Below, piece after piece: positions 43,745 through 53,706 of a stretch of DNA of 64,000 bases (its first letter is position 1; each line of letters starts with the position of its first letter). Position numbers and translations under genes: made by a program. The notes beneath the pieces are model-generated. The model did no database searches. It worked only from the letters and a program-made list of their open reading frames with translations, and was not told the DNA's origin. This DNA is from a virus: positions 1-64,000 of the IMG/VR virus record IMGVR_UViG_3300036827_000193; one strand, given 5' to 3'.

Positions 43745-45073
43745 TCACAGTCCGATGGCCTGGCCGCGCAACTTCGCTCGTCGCGCCTTTTCGGCGTTGA
43801 CGATTGAGGAGCGATCCCGCGGTTGCGGGGTCGCTTGCGGGTCGGGCCGCGGAGCGGCGGTGCGGGCGGGTTGTTGCGGTATTGCGGCCCGGCGTTGGGT
43901 GCGGTCGACGGTGACGTCGATGCGCGGTGCCGCACGAGGCGGCGTCGCCGGGTCGTCTGGGGTTTGCGTCTTGACCCCTTTCCATTCCAGGAAATTGTCC
44001 CGCGCCTGCTCAAGCAGAGCCTGCGGCGTGAGGACGTTGAAGCCATTCGCCCGGTAGAACCGGTGGGCGTTGGCGATGTCGCCTGGTGTTGGCGGCAAGC
44101 CGTCTGGCCTGATCCTGGCGGGGTCGAGCCCGAGCGCCGTGATGTCAGCGAGCTGCAATTCGAACATCTTGGATTCGATTGCGGCGCGAGCCATCGGGTC
44201 TTTGGCGAGATCGGGGTGGCTGTCCTGGAAGTCCTTCAGCGTCTTCGCAGCCCGAGCGCCTTCGTCTCTGAGGCGTTGCTGCAAGAGTTCCTGCTGGACC
44301 GTGTGCGTGGTCGCTGTGTCGATGGTGTTTCGCAACAGCTCGCGCGCTTCCGAGGGATCGCCAAACTGGATCGTTTCAATCAGCTTGCCGTACGGGTCCT
44401 CCTGGTTTGGAGGCTCCGTCGTCGCAGCCGGTTGATCCGATCCTTGCGTCCTGGTGTCCGGCGTGGTGTTCGCCGGAAGGTCGGGACGCGCGACCTTGTT
44501 ACGGGCCTGTTCGAGGATGCCGTCGAACTCCTTGAGCTTCGACTTGGCCTCGTCGAGGATGTTTTCGGCCGCGAGAGATTTCTGCGCATGCGCGACAATC
44601 TCTTCGAGCGGCAATTCCTGTTCCTTGCCGTGAACCTTGACCTTGATCCGCGGCGGCGCTGCGGGCGCGGGCTCGGGCGCGGGATCGACGTCATCGGCCG
44701 GCGGCTGCAGGTCGTCCTGCGGCGCCTGCGGGGCGGGCGGCGGTGCGGCGATCTCGGGCGGCAGGCCGCTGCGCGCAAAGTCGCTGACGTCGTCGCGATC
44801 GGCATCGGCGTCGGCGGTGCGCTCGGTGCGAAACCGCGCCGAGATGGCGTCGCGCTTGCGGTCGAAGGCGCTGACCGCGGGCGGCGTCTCGCGCGGTGCG
44901 GGCTCGGCTGCCGGTTGCGGTGCGAGTGGCGGGACGGCGGGCCCGGGATCCTGGGGCGCGCCATCGGCGACGACGTCGAGCGCGGCGGCGTTGGTCTCGC
45001 CCGGCTGAATTCCCGCCTGCTCGCGTGAAGCCGCTTCCACACGCTGCGCCTCATGGCTCGGTGTCGTGACCAT
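43745..45073 (-). CDS. Capsid scaffolding protein
   Basis: Acidic Pro-rich N-terminus, KVKVHGKEQELPLEE, helical core, basic C-terminus; directly upstream of the capsid gene. Confidence 0.8.
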   Translation of the reverse strand: MVTTPSHEAQRVEAASREQAGIQPGETNAAALDVVADGAPQDPGPAVPPLAPQPAAEPAPRETPPAVSAFDRKRDAISARFRTERTADADADRDDVSDFARSGLPPEIAAPPPAPQAPQDDLQPPADDVDPAPEPAPAAPPRIKVKVHGKEQELPLEEIVAHAQKSLAAENILDEAKSKLKEFDGILEQARNKVARPDLPANTTPDTRTQGSDQPAATTEPPNQEDPYGKLIETIQFGDPSEARELLRNTIDTATTHTVQQELLQQRLRDEGARAAKTLKDFQDSHPDLAKDPMARAAIESKMFELQLADITALGLDPARIRPDGLPPTPGDIANAHRFYRANGFNVLTPQALLEQARDNFLEWKGVKTQTPDDPATPPRAAPRIDVTVDRTQRRAAIPQQPARTAAPRPDPQATPQPRDRSSIVNAEKARRAKLRGQAIGL

Positions 45074-45091
45074 TCGTATGCTTTCCCCTTG

Positions 45092-45122
45092 AAATGCAGA
45101 AAGGCCGCCCGGTGGGGCGGCC
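45092..45122 (-). terminator. Intrinsic terminator/attenuator-like hairpin
   Basis: GGCCGCCC-CACC-GGGCGGCC followed by TTTCTGCATTT on the - strand. Confidence 0.6.
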
Positions 45123-45160
45123 TGCTGCCGAAAATTGAAGCTCTCGTTGTGTTGGCGCGA

Positions 45161-45559
45161 TCAGTCCTGCGGCGCGCCGTCGATCAGGCCGAGCTCGATG
45201 GCCTGGCGCTCGCCGTCGGGCTGTTGCGCCAACAGGTCGAGCATCTCGTCGCGCTCGGCGTCGCGCATTTCGCGGTCATAGGCGACGCCTTCGGCGATGA
45301 TCGCGCGCAGCCAGGCGACCCATTCGTCGTAGCGCTTGACCTCGTTCTGCATGGTCGTGATCTTGATGCGGTCCTTGGGGTCGTGGACGTTGAGATAGAC
45401 GAGCGCCGCGAGCGATTCGGCGGCCGCCTCGCGCAGCCGGCGCAGGATCTCGATGGTCGGGCCGCCGCCGCTGCGCTCGCTGAGCTCGACTTCAAGGTCG
45501 GCGCTCGCCTTGATGATGCGCTGGCGCGCCAGCAGGACGGTCGGATCGGCTGACGACAT
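45161..45559 (-). CDS. Phage head-module hypothetical protein
   Basis: 132-aa helical ORF upstream of the scaffold gene. Confidence 0.7.
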   Translation of the reverse strand: MSSADPTVLLARQRIIKASADLEVELSERSGGGPTIEILRRLREAAAESLAALVYLNVHDPKDRIKITTMQNEVKRYDEWVAWLRAIIAEGVAYDREMRDAERDEMLDLLAQQPDGERQAIELGLIDGAPQD

Positions 45560-45562
45560 TCT

Positions 45563-46849
45563 TCACCCTTCGTCCTTGAACAATCCAAGCGCGCGCAGCA
45601 CGGCGATGGCGTCGCTTTCGTCCTGTGCCTGCTGCAGGCGCTTCGCTGTCGCCATGGCGTCATGCGGGACGAATTCGTTGAACGTCGGCAATCCACTCGG
45701 CGACATCACCTGCATCGGCGCCGGCTGGCCGAAGATCGAGAGCGGCGGCAGCGGTGGCGGCCCGGCCGGGGCGACGACCGCGGGCTTCTCCGGCTCCTCG
45801 ACCTTGCCGCCGCGGTCCCATATCGGCTTGAACGGCTTGCGCGGCTTTACGTCGTAGGGCGGCTCGGGGATGTAGGAGGGGAAGTCCTTGCGCCGGCCCG
45901 AGCCTGGCGGTTTGAACTCGGGGACTTCGCCTACGAGATCCCAGACCGAGAAGATCTGGCTCGCGACCGGGAACGGTTTGGCGAACTGGACCGGCGGCTC
46001 GGGGTAGAACTGGAATTCAATGCCGGTCGCGACCGGCCGCGGCGCCTTGATCTCATATTGCTGTTGCGAGACCGGAAACGGCTTGGCGAACTGGATGTCG
46101 AACTGGTAGCCCCAGAAACCCTGCGGGAACGCAGTGCGGATCGAACCGCGCGGCGTGAAGTTTGAATACTGCTGTGACGCGATCGGGAACGGCCTGGCGA
46201 AAGCGTGCTCAAGTTGCTCGCCGAACCAGCCCTCGACCTCGGCCGCTTCCGGGACATGCTCATCGGCGTGCGCGAGGAACTGCTGCGCGGTGACCGACAG
46301 CGGCACCGCAAAGGCATAGCTCCACTGGAAGCCGCTCCACCCATCCGGGAAACTGCTCCTGATCCTTCCGGCCGGCTGGAACGCCGTGTACTGCTGCGAT
46401 GCGACCGGGAACGGCTTGGCGAAGACGTCCGGCGGCTGCGGATAGAAGCCCTCGCTGTCCTCGGCGACCCGGACATGCTCGGGGATGTGAGCGGCGTATT
46501 GCTGCGCCGCGACCGGGAACGGCTTGGCGAAGCGGCGCTCGAGCTGCTCGCCTTCCCAGCCGTGCGGCGTGATCGCGGTCGGGACCGGCTCGGGGCCGTG
46601 CGCAACATATTGCTGCAGGTGCGCCGGAAACGGGCGGGCAAAGACCTCCGGATTGAGCGGCTGCTGCTTCCAGGGCGAGGTGTTGGTTGCGCCAGACGTT
46701 GTCGCCAGAACCAGCGTCGAGAAGGCGGTGAGCGCGGCAACCGAGATCCGCCGCACGATCGGCGGATCGGAAAACCCGGATATTGCCGTCGCGGACCGCG
46801 ATGGCAATTGCCCGAGCGCAAGCTGACCGAGTGCGCCGAAACCAAGCAT
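45563..46849 (-). CDS. Repeat protein with 7 FA(K/R)PFP.A.QQY units
   Basis: MLGFGALGQLALGQLP start; about 30-aa periodic repeats. Confidence 0.75.
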   Translation of the reverse strand: MLGFGALGQLALGQLPSRSATAISGFSDPPIVRRISVAALTAFSTLVLATTSGATNTSPWKQQPLNPEVFARPFPAHLQQYVAHGPEPVPTAITPHGWEGEQLERRFAKPFPVAAQQYAAHIPEHVRVAEDSEGFYPQPPDVFAKPFPVASQQYTAFQPAGRIRSSFPDGWSGFQWSYAFAVPLSVTAQQFLAHADEHVPEAAEVEGWFGEQLEHAFARPFPIASQQYSNFTPRGSIRTAFPQGFWGYQFDIQFAKPFPVSQQQYEIKAPRPVATGIEFQFYPEPPVQFAKPFPVASQIFSVWDLVGEVPEFKPPGSGRRKDFPSYIPEPPYDVKPRKPFKPIWDRGGKVEEPEKPAVVAPAGPPPLPPLSIFGQPAPMQVMSPSGLPTFNEFVPHDAMATAKRLQQAQDESDAIAVLRALGLFKDEG

Positions 46850-46895
46850 TTACGGCCCCTCGGAAATTCTCTTATTGATCGCCGTTGCCTTAGAG

Positions 46896-47660
46896 CTAGT
46901 CGTACCAGCCCTCTTCGGCGTAGCCGTATGAGTCGTGCGTGCCCGGCAGATAGTTCACGTTGCCGGTCTCGGTCGTGACCATACCGAGCTTATCTACGTT
47001 CCACTTTTGGCCGGTGAAGTTCTGGCAATTAACGAATGTAGCGCCCGCATAGACCTGACCGGCCCAAATGCCGACAGCAAATTGCTCGAATGTATAAGTG
47101 CCGCCGAGGCCGTCCACGGTGATTCCGTCGGCAAGAACATAGCTGCCGCTTTCGGCGTCGTAATGCGACTTCGCGCCGCCGCAGATCGTGTAATTATTCA
47201 GCAAAAAGATTCCACTGCCGCCGACTGCGCGATTGTGCTGTAGCGAGCATGGGCCGAAAAACAGTCCGTCAAGACCGGCAATTGTCGCGCCATTCGAGAA
47301 GATCGCACCGCCGTTGGCGCCGACAAACGTCGCGCGCCTCACGGCAAGCTGTATGCCCTGCGCGTTGACAGGGTCAGCGTCCGCATCCTGACCACCGCCC
47401 GATATGGCAAAGCGGCCGTTTGTCATGTTGATCGTCGAGCCGTTGAAGTCGATCAGCACGCTGCGCGCGCCGTTGGCGCCGACCATTCCCTGCCAAGTCC
47501 GCAGGCCGCCGTTCGTGTAGGTCAGCCCCGGCGCGGACAGGAAGGTGAGCTTGTGGCCGCGCAGATCGTAATTGTTGGCGTAGTTGTCCCACACCGATTG
47601 AAGGCTGGTGGTGGCGTCGAAGTTGACGACTGTGTCTGCTGTCAGGTCCGTGCGCGGCAT
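46896..47660 (-). CDS. Beta-helix-like hypothetical protein (possible receptor-binding module)
   Basis: G/N/aromatic beta-rich sequence, lower GC, coupled to the fibre-like gene. Confidence 0.55.
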   Translation of the reverse strand: MPRTDLTADTVVNFDATTSLQSVWDNYANNYDLRGHKLTFLSAPGLTYTNGGLRTWQGMVGANGARSVLIDFNGSTINMTNGRFAISGGGQDADADPVNAQGIQLAVRRATFVGANGGAIFSNGATIAGLDGLFFGPCSLQHNRAVGGSGIFLLNNYTICGGAKSHYDAESGSYVLADGITVDGLGGTYTFEQFAVGIWAGQVYAGATFVNCQNFTGQKWNVDKLGMVTTETGNVNYLPGTHDSYGYAEEGWYD

Positions 47661-48802
47661 CAGGCGTTCCTCCCGCGATCATCGAACCAGCCGTAACTAA
47701 CGGTGTATGCGGTCATGCCACTGCCGGTCGTAGACCATCGCACCTGGGCGCTGGTGTTGGTCCTGACGATAAGATTGCCGAAGTTGCCGCTGGCACTCGG
47801 GGCGGTTACGTCGGCGTTGCCGAGCGTCGCATTGGCAATCGCGGAGGTTTCATCCGGCGACTGGACGAGCACGTGCTGCACGCTGGCGTTGAGCACAATG
47901 ATCCGAAGCCGCGCACGCACCTTGACGCCACTTGGAATGCCCCCCAGCGACAGTAACGTCGCCGAAGTCGGAACCGTAGCGGCGCTGGTCTCCTGGATCA
48001 CCGCGCCCCACAGGAATTCCTCGCCGAACTGGGAAAACGCGAGGATGTGCGCGGAGGCGTCGGTCTTGAACGATCCGATGCGCCGGAACGCCGTCGTGCT
48101 CGCCGGCTTGTTCGCGGCTCCGGCGTCGGTGTCGAAGTAGACGTCCGCGCTGCCGGCGTTGATGATTGCAAAGACGTGGTACCAGGTGCTCACGGCAATC
48201 GTCAGCCCGGCGCCCATGCCGTTGCTGCCCGAACCCGCCGCCCATGCCCCGCCGGTGCTCTTGGTGAAAGCCGCGAGGACGATGTTGGTGGCGTCCGTGC
48301 CGTCGCGGCACGACCCGGCGCTGATATCCAGAATGGTGTTAGGTGTGCCGCCGTCGTTCGAGAGCGTCAGGCCAGCCAGATAGCTGCGCGGCAACGCAAT
48401 GGTGTTAGCGGCATAGGTGTAGTCACCGGCTGTCGCGGTGATGGCAGGCCCCGAGCGCGCGAACACGCTGGTGACGATGTCCTCGGCCAGCGCGGTGATG
48501 GCGACCTGCGCCTGCGCCGAGCAGTTGATGGCGGCGTTGCTGTTGGTCGACTTGAGCACGGTGGTGCGCGCGAGCGTCGTGCCGCTTGCCGTATAGGTGC
48601 CGTGGCCGACTTCGCTGGCGCCCGGGCTTGCCGGATCGTTGATGGCGTAAGAAACGACGTCGCCATCCGAGACGCCGGCCTGCGCGAACGTCAGGAACAG
48701 CGTGCCGTCAGGACCGCGCGCGGCCGAGCCGAGCGTAATGGTGCCTGAGCCCGGAGCCGACGCAACGGTCATCCGGGCGAGGTCATAGAGCTTCGCCGCC
48801 AT
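47660..48802 (-). CDS. Fibre/spike-like structural protein
   Basis: GSGTITLGSA...EVGHGTYTASGTTLAR; LAGLTLSND, WYHVFAI, RRIGS motifs common in phage fibres. Confidence 0.7.
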   Translation of the reverse strand: MAAKLYDLARMTVASAPGSGTITLGSAARGPDGTLFLTFAQAGVSDGDVVSYAINDPASPGASEVGHGTYTASGTTLARTTVLKSTNSNAAINCSAQAQVAITALAEDIVTSVFARSGPAITATAGDYTYAANTIALPRSYLAGLTLSNDGGTPNTILDISAGSCRDGTDATNIVLAAFTKSTGGAWAAGSGSNGMGAGLTIAVSTWYHVFAIINAGSADVYFDTDAGAANKPASTTAFRRIGSFKTDASAHILAFSQFGEEFLWGAVIQETSAATVPTSATLLSLGGIPSGVKVRARLRIIVLNASVQHVLVQSPDETSAIANATLGNADVTAPSASGNFGNLIVRTNTSAQVRWSTTGSGMTAYTVSYGWFDDRGRNA

Positions 48803-48835
48803 CAGATCGGTCCTGGAAAGGGGAAGTTCGGGGCG

Positions 48836-49135
48836 CTATCCGCCCAAAAGCTCGCGCCGGAAGCGGTCGTTTGCTTCCCAGCGCTCAAGCTTCTTCTCGA
48901 TGACGTCGCACGTCATGGTGCGCGCGCGCTCGGTGTCGCAGGCAAGGCAGATGTGGCGACGACAGCCCCAGCACAGCGCGTAGGTCATGTCCTGCGGCTT
49001 GCACATGGGCGGCACCAGCACGATGCGATTGCAGTGCCCGCAGGTGATCGAATCGCTCTCGACGACCGTGCTCTGGCCGCGGCTTTTGGTCGGGTCCGGG
49101 TCGGTCGAGACGAAGTATCCACCGGGCCGCAGCAT
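48836..49135 (-). CDS. Cys-rich zinc-finger protein
   Basis: CGHC...CWGC..HIC..C...C. Confidence 0.7.
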   Translation of the reverse strand: MLRPGGYFVSTDPDPTKSRGQSTVVESDSITCGHCNRIVLVPPMCKPQDMTYALCWGCRRHICLACDTERARTMTCDVIEKKLERWEANDRFRRELLGG

Positions 49136-49440
49136 CAGAATTCCATCATCGACAGTTGCGTGCCGCCGTCGCCCTCGATGTCATGGGAGAAGGTCACGTC
49201 GGACACGGCGTCGGCGCAGTTGACGATCAGCGAGCCTTTGTCGTTGACCTTGGCCTGGATGAATTCCGGCATCCATTCGTGATTGATGGCCCTGGCGAGG
49301 CTCGCGGTTACGTCGCGGGCGGTTTCCTTGGCGGCGACGCGGTGCATCACATGGGTGCGCCCGCCGCGCGGCGCGCGATACTGCACGATGACGAGGTCGC
49401 CCGCGGCCGGCGTCTTGATGTCCATCACCAGCGTTTTCAT
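49135..49440 (-). CDS. Hypothetical protein
   Basis: Coupled ORF MKTLVMDIK. Confidence 0.6.
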   Translation of the reverse strand: MKTLVMDIKTPAAGDLVIVQYRAPRGGRTHVMHRVAAKETARDVTASLARAINHEWMPEFIQAKVNDKGSLIVNCADAVSDVTFSHDIEGDGGTQLSMMEF

Positions 49441-50822
49441 TGACGGCCTTCGGCTTTGGCTTTGAGCCATGCGGTTGCGCGGCCGATCGGCTCCTGCCAG
49501 TCCGACAGGCGCTGCTGGCGCAGCAACCGCATGCTCGGATACCAGATCGAATGCTCCGCGCCTTGCGGCACCGCATCCGGCGCAAGCCATGGCCAGTAGC
49601 CGGAATGCCGCACGAAATTCCACACCGGCTTGCCGAGCGCACCGGCGAGGTGGGCAACGGACGTGTCGACCGAGATCACAAGATCAAGCCCGTCGACCAG
49701 CGCCGCGGTGTCGGCGAAGTCGTGGCAGTCGCCCATCCAGTCGGTGATCGGGATGTCAGGTAGAATCGGCTCGACCGGGTACTGCAGCGAGATCAGGTTG
49801 ACGCCGGGCATTACCAGCGGCTTGAGCCAGGCGAGCGGGATCGATTTGGCCTGCTGCGCGGCGCGCGCGGTGTTGAGGTGGCCGCCCGATGACCAGCACA
49901 GGCCGACATTAAGACCCGCCGGCAGCGTGGCGAGGCGTCCTCTCCAATAGAGCGTATTGGAGAGGCGCGCATTAAGGTACTTGAGTGGCAGCCGCTGTAT
50001 CGATGCCGGCTCCATGTTCATGACCATTGGAACGTCAAGCAGCGGGCAGGAGAAGTCCGCCTCCTGATCGACGTCGTCGTGCATCCCTGCCACGCGCAAG
50101 CGGCGACAACTCCACGACCATCGCGAGAGCGCGAGCATCGGCGCGCGCGCCAGCAGGATCACCGAGCAGTCATAGGCGCCGACAACCGTGTCGGCGAAAC
50201 GTTGCGCCATGATCTCGTCGCCATAGCCCTGCTCCGGATAAAGCAGGATGGTCTTGCCGGTAAGGTCCTCGCCCTGCCACTTGGGATAGTTGCGGTAAGC
50301 CCGCGGCGGATACGGCGTGTTCTGCCAGCGGCACTCGTATTCGCGGAAACCCTCCGCCCACTGCCCCATGCCAAGCAGCGTCACGCCGAGATTGAAGTGG
50401 GCGTCGGCATCGGCACCGCGCGCGATTGCGGCGCGATATTGCGCTGCCGCCTCCGGCAGCCGCAGCAGCGTGCAGTACATGTTGGCGAGCCCCATGTGGG
50501 GCTCGATCGCATCGCACTGCGCAATCGATTTGGCGAAACTGTCCTCGGCGGCTGCCCACATGCCGATGTCGGCAAAGGCGATGCCGCGGTTGTTCCAGGC
50601 GTCGTGCAGCCGCTCGTCGATGTTGAGCGCGCGGTCGTAGTGCAGGATGGCGTCGAAGTGGCGTTCGGTGGCGTGCAGCAGGTTGCCGCGCACCGTCCAG
50701 GCCTCGCAGAAATCCGGCTTGAGCTTGATGGCCTCGACCAGCAGCAGCATCGCGCGCTCGTAGTCGCGGCCCTTGACCGCACCGAGCGCTTTTTCGAAGT
50801 AGCGTTCGGCGAGCTCGCTCAT
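49437..50822 (-). CDS. TPR-repeat glycosyltransferase (GT-B, GT9-like C-terminus)
   Basis: TPRs, EQGYGDEI, VGLCWS, DFADTAALVDGLDLVISVDTSVAHLAGALG, WYPSMRL.RQ. Confidence 0.88.
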   Translation of the reverse strand: MSELAERYFEKALGAVKGRDYERAMLLLVEAIKLKPDFCEAWTVRGNLLHATERHFDAILHYDRALNIDERLHDAWNNRGIAFADIGMWAAAEDSFAKSIAQCDAIEPHMGLANMYCTLLRLPEAAAQYRAAIARGADADAHFNLGVTLLGMGQWAEGFREYECRWQNTPYPPRAYRNYPKWQGEDLTGKTILLYPEQGYGDEIMAQRFADTVVGAYDCSVILLARAPMLALSRWSWSCRRLRVAGMHDDVDQEADFSCPLLDVPMVMNMEPASIQRLPLKYLNARLSNTLYWRGRLATLPAGLNVGLCWSSGGHLNTARAAQQAKSIPLAWLKPLVMPGVNLISLQYPVEPILPDIPITDWMGDCHDFADTAALVDGLDLVISVDTSVAHLAGALGKPVWNFVRHSGYWPWLAPDAVPQGAEHSIWYPSMRLLRQQRLSDWQEPIGRATAWLKAKAEGRQ

Positions 50823-51607
50823 CCACCCACGATCCGGATTTTTTCCAGCACCTTGTCGCTCTCGTGGATGGCGAGGATCGACATGCCGGCCGGGATGAAG
50901 CGATAGCCGGACAGGCGCTTCTTCACTTCCTCGGCACCGCACAGCGCAATCTCGGCAAAGATGATCGGGCGACAGCGCACGATGGTGGCGTAGGCGCCGT
51001 CAAGCGCCGCCGGTTCGGTGCCTTCGATGTCGAGCTTGAGAAGATCGAGCCGTGTCAGGTTCAGGCTGTCGATCGTGACTAGGCGGCAGGCCTCGTTGAC
51101 GCCGAGCGGCTGGCCGATCGCGCCATTGAGATCGAACCGCAGCGACAGGCCGCCGAAGTTTGCGGGCTTTTCGTGGTCGAGCTTCACAATCGGCGTTGTC
51201 CCGAGCACATCGGCAAGCGCCGCCATGGTGGCCTTGGCATTGAAGCAGTTGTTGAGCGCGATGTTGCCGGCGAGCGCATAGAACACCCGCTCCTGCGGCT
51301 CGAACGCCAGCACCGAGCCCCAGCCGGCCATGGCCTTGGCCCAGGCCAGCGTGTGGGTGCCGATATTGGCGCCGCCGTCGATGACGACGACACCGTCGCC
51401 ATAGGCCTCGCGATGTGCGACCAGCAGCCCGAACAGTTCTTCGATGTCGCCTTGTTCGTGGCTGCCGGTGCCGAGCAGGCTTGCGCCGACGCCGGCATAG
51501 CCACCCCCGGCGACCCGGCAATAGTCGAGTCGGTTCAGGATCATCGGGCCGTTTTCGGTCGCGGCCAGAACGAAGGCGACTTGCGGCAAATCGGGCTCCC
51601 CTCCCAA
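50819..51607 (-). CDS. FkbM-family methyltransferase (start may be TTG 51589)
   Basis: IDGGANIG, AFEP, LLKLDIEG.E, RPIIFAE. Confidence 0.9.
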   Translation of the reverse strand: MGGEPDLPQVAFVLAATENGPMILNRLDYCRVAGGGYAGVGASLLGTGSHEQGDIEELFGLLVAHREAYGDGVVVIDGGANIGTHTLAWAKAMAGWGSVLAFEPQERVFYALAGNIALNNCFNAKATMAALADVLGTTPIVKLDHEKPANFGGLSLRFDLNGAIGQPLGVNEACRLVTIDSLNLTRLDLLKLDIEGTEPAALDGAYATIVRCRPIIFAEIALCGAEEVKKRLSGYRFIPAGMSILAIHESDKVLEKIRIVGG

Positions 51608-51648
51608 CGCACTACGCCGAGAGGGTTACCGATTTGCTGCCATCGGCC

Positions 51649-52122
51649 TTATTCGTGGTAGCTGACCTGGCCGTCGAACGTCGAGTTGTAGGTCGAGGAC
51701 TGCGCCCGCATGTAGAGACCGTTCACCGCGGTCGCCGGCGCAACCAGCGCAAACGACTCGTCGGCCGCGATCCAGCGGGTGGTGGCGCGCTGGTTAAGGC
51801 CGGTGTTGAACAGCGAGGTTGCGATCAGCGCGGCCGACGGCTCGGTGGTCTCGTTGGTGGCGGCGACGATCAGGGCGGCGCCGTCGGCGGGATCCAACGC
51901 ATTGGGCGTCGCGGCGGTGCCGGCGAGCGACGTCGTCTGCGACAGCCGCGAAATGTCGACCTGGATGTAGGTGTCGGTGGCGTTCGGGTTGGCGGTCGCG
52001 CCGAGCACGAACTCGAACCACTTGTGGCGCTTGGTGTTGGAGGCCGGGCACCACGAGGCGACGACGCCCTTGTACGAGGAGGCGATCGAAGCCTGGTTGC
52101 CGCCGAGGGCATACTTAGCCAT
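51649..52122 (-). CDS. Ser/Thr/Ala-rich putative virion protein
   Basis: 157 aa, beta-rich, strong codon bias. Confidence 0.65.
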   Translation of the reverse strand: MAKYALGGNQASIASSYKGVVASWCPASNTKRHKWFEFVLGATANPNATDTYIQVDISRLSQTTSLAGTAATPNALDPADGAALIVAATNETTEPSAALIATSLFNTGLNQRATTRWIAADESFALVAPATAVNGLYMRAQSSTYNSTFDGQVSYHE

Positions 52123-52173
52123 GGGGGTAATCCTTTTGCTTGAGCGTTGAGAGGGTGCAGCGCGAGAGCTGCG

Positions 52174-53706
52174 TCAGGCAGCGGCGCGCTGCGCCGCCAT
52201 TGCGTCCAGATCACGCGTGACGTGATCGAGAACCGTCTGCCAGTCGCCCACCTTGGGCTGCCGGTAGAGTGTTGCGCGCGGGTACCACGGCGAGTCGGTG
52301 CGCCCGAGTTGCCAGCGCCAATCGGTTGAATAGGCCGGGATCAGGATCCAGGTCGGCACGCCGAGCGTTGCGGCGAGGTGCGCGACCGCAGTGTCGACGG
52401 TGACGACCAGGTCGAGCGCGGCGATCGCGGCTGCGGTATCGCGCAGGTCGTCAAGCCACAGCGCACTCAGGAACGGATGACGCCGCTGCAGCGCCGCGAA
52501 TTCATTGGTCTCGCCGGCGCGCATCTGCTGGATCGAGACGAAGTTCGCCTTGGCCTCGAAGATGGCGCCGAATTTGGCGAGCGGGATCGAGCGATGGGCG
52601 TCGTTCTTGTGCTGGAAGTTGCCGGCCCAGCACACCCCGACATTCAATTCGTTCGCCGGCGGGTCGAGACTGGCGCGCAGGCGCGCAACACGCTCCGGCT
52701 CGATCGAGGGCTGCCACGGCGGCGGCAGGTCCTGCTCGGTGTCAATGCCGAGATAAAGCGGCAGCGACATCAGCGCGGCCCAGCGCTCGAAGCCTTCGAC
52801 CGTATCGCCGGCGGCAAGCTCCAGCACCGTGACGCCGGGGATATCGCGCACCAGCGGCGTGAGCTTGTCATGGACGCGCAGCAGCACATTACCGGCGCGC
52901 TCGCGGATCAGCGGCACGAAGCGCAGGAACTGGATGGTGTCGCCGAGCCCCTGCTCGGCGTGGATCAGGATGGTCTTGCCGGTCAGCGCCTCGCCCTGCC
53001 ACTTCTTGTCGGCCGGCAGATTGAGGTTGGGCGTATCGTTCTCGCTGCTGGTCAGCCGCGCCTCGTAGTCGGCAAAGCCGCGCAGGTCGCCGAGCAGGAG
53101 CCGCGCCATGGCGCGGTTGTAGCGCGCGTCGGCCTCATTGAGCCGGCTGACGCTGTCGGTTGCCGGTGCGCGCAGTTCGAGCGAGTGATCGAGCGAGGCG
53201 ATTGCCTCGCGATGGCGATTGAGGCGCAACAGCGCGATGCCGCGGTTGTAGTGCGGAAACGGGTCGCTCGGATCGAACGCGATGCCCTTGTCGAGCGCAA
53301 CGAGCGCCGCCTCGTGGCGGCCAAGCCGTTCCAGCGTGTTGCCGAGATTGTTGTAGATCAGCGCCTTGGCGGCCGGTGACAGCGGCGTCTTGGCGGTGTG
53401 GTGGGCGGCGCGCTCAAGGTCGGCAAGGCCTTCCTCGGGATGGCCGAGCTGCGCGACGCACAGTCCGTAATGGCTCAGCGCAATCGGATTGCGGCGGTTG
53501 ATCTTGCGCCCGCGCCAGAACCAGTACAGCGCCTCGTGCAGCTTGCCGGTCTCAAACAGCGAGGTGCCGAGCCGCTCGATGGCCTCGAAGTTCTCGGGCT
53601 CGTGCACCAGGACGCCGCGAAACATCGCCATCGCGCTGGGATGGTCGCCGGCCATGGCGTAGCCGGCGCCGAGGTCGAGCGCTTCGCCGATCGAGAGGTC
53701 GCTCAT
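52174..53706 (-). CDS. TPR-repeat glycosyltransferase (GT-B, GT9-like C-terminus)
   Basis: TPRs, EQGLGDTIQF.RF, VGVCWAGN, LDLVVTVDTAVAHLA, DWRW, SPWYP. Confidence 0.9.
   Translation of the reverse strand: MSDLSIGEALDLGAGYAMAGDHPSAMAMFRGVLVHEPENFEAIERLGTSLFETGKLHEALYWFWRGRKINRRNPIALSHYGLCVAQLGHPEEGLADLERAAHHTAKTPLSPAAKALIYNNLGNTLERLGRHEAALVALDKGIAFDPSDPFPHYNRGIALLRLNRHREAIASLDHSLELRAPATDSVSRLNEADARYNRAMARLLLGDLRGFADYEARLTSSENDTPNLNLPADKKWQGEALTGKTILIHAEQGLGDTIQFLRFVPLIRERAGNVLLRVHDKLTPLVRDIPGVTVLELAAGDTVEGFERWAALMSLPLYLGIDTEQDLPPPWQPSIEPERVARLRASLDPPANELNVGVCWAGNFQHKNDAHRSIPLAKFGAIFEAKANFVSIQQMRAGETNEFAALQRRHPFLSALWLDDLRDTAAAIAALDLVVTVDTAVAHLAATLGVPTWILIPAYSTDWRWQLGRTDSPWYPRATLYRQPKVGDWQTVLDHVTRDLDAMAAQRAAA

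Noticed and set aside
45900-46660. Repeats as a diversity-generating retroelement TR/VR pair
   Set aside because: Differences are not adenine-specific and no reverse transcriptase is in the window
48836-50830. Other proteins ending in GG (48836 zinc finger, 50819 FkbM)
   Set aside because: Folds are clearly not ubiquitin-like; the GG is probably a by-product of the next gene's RBS or chance
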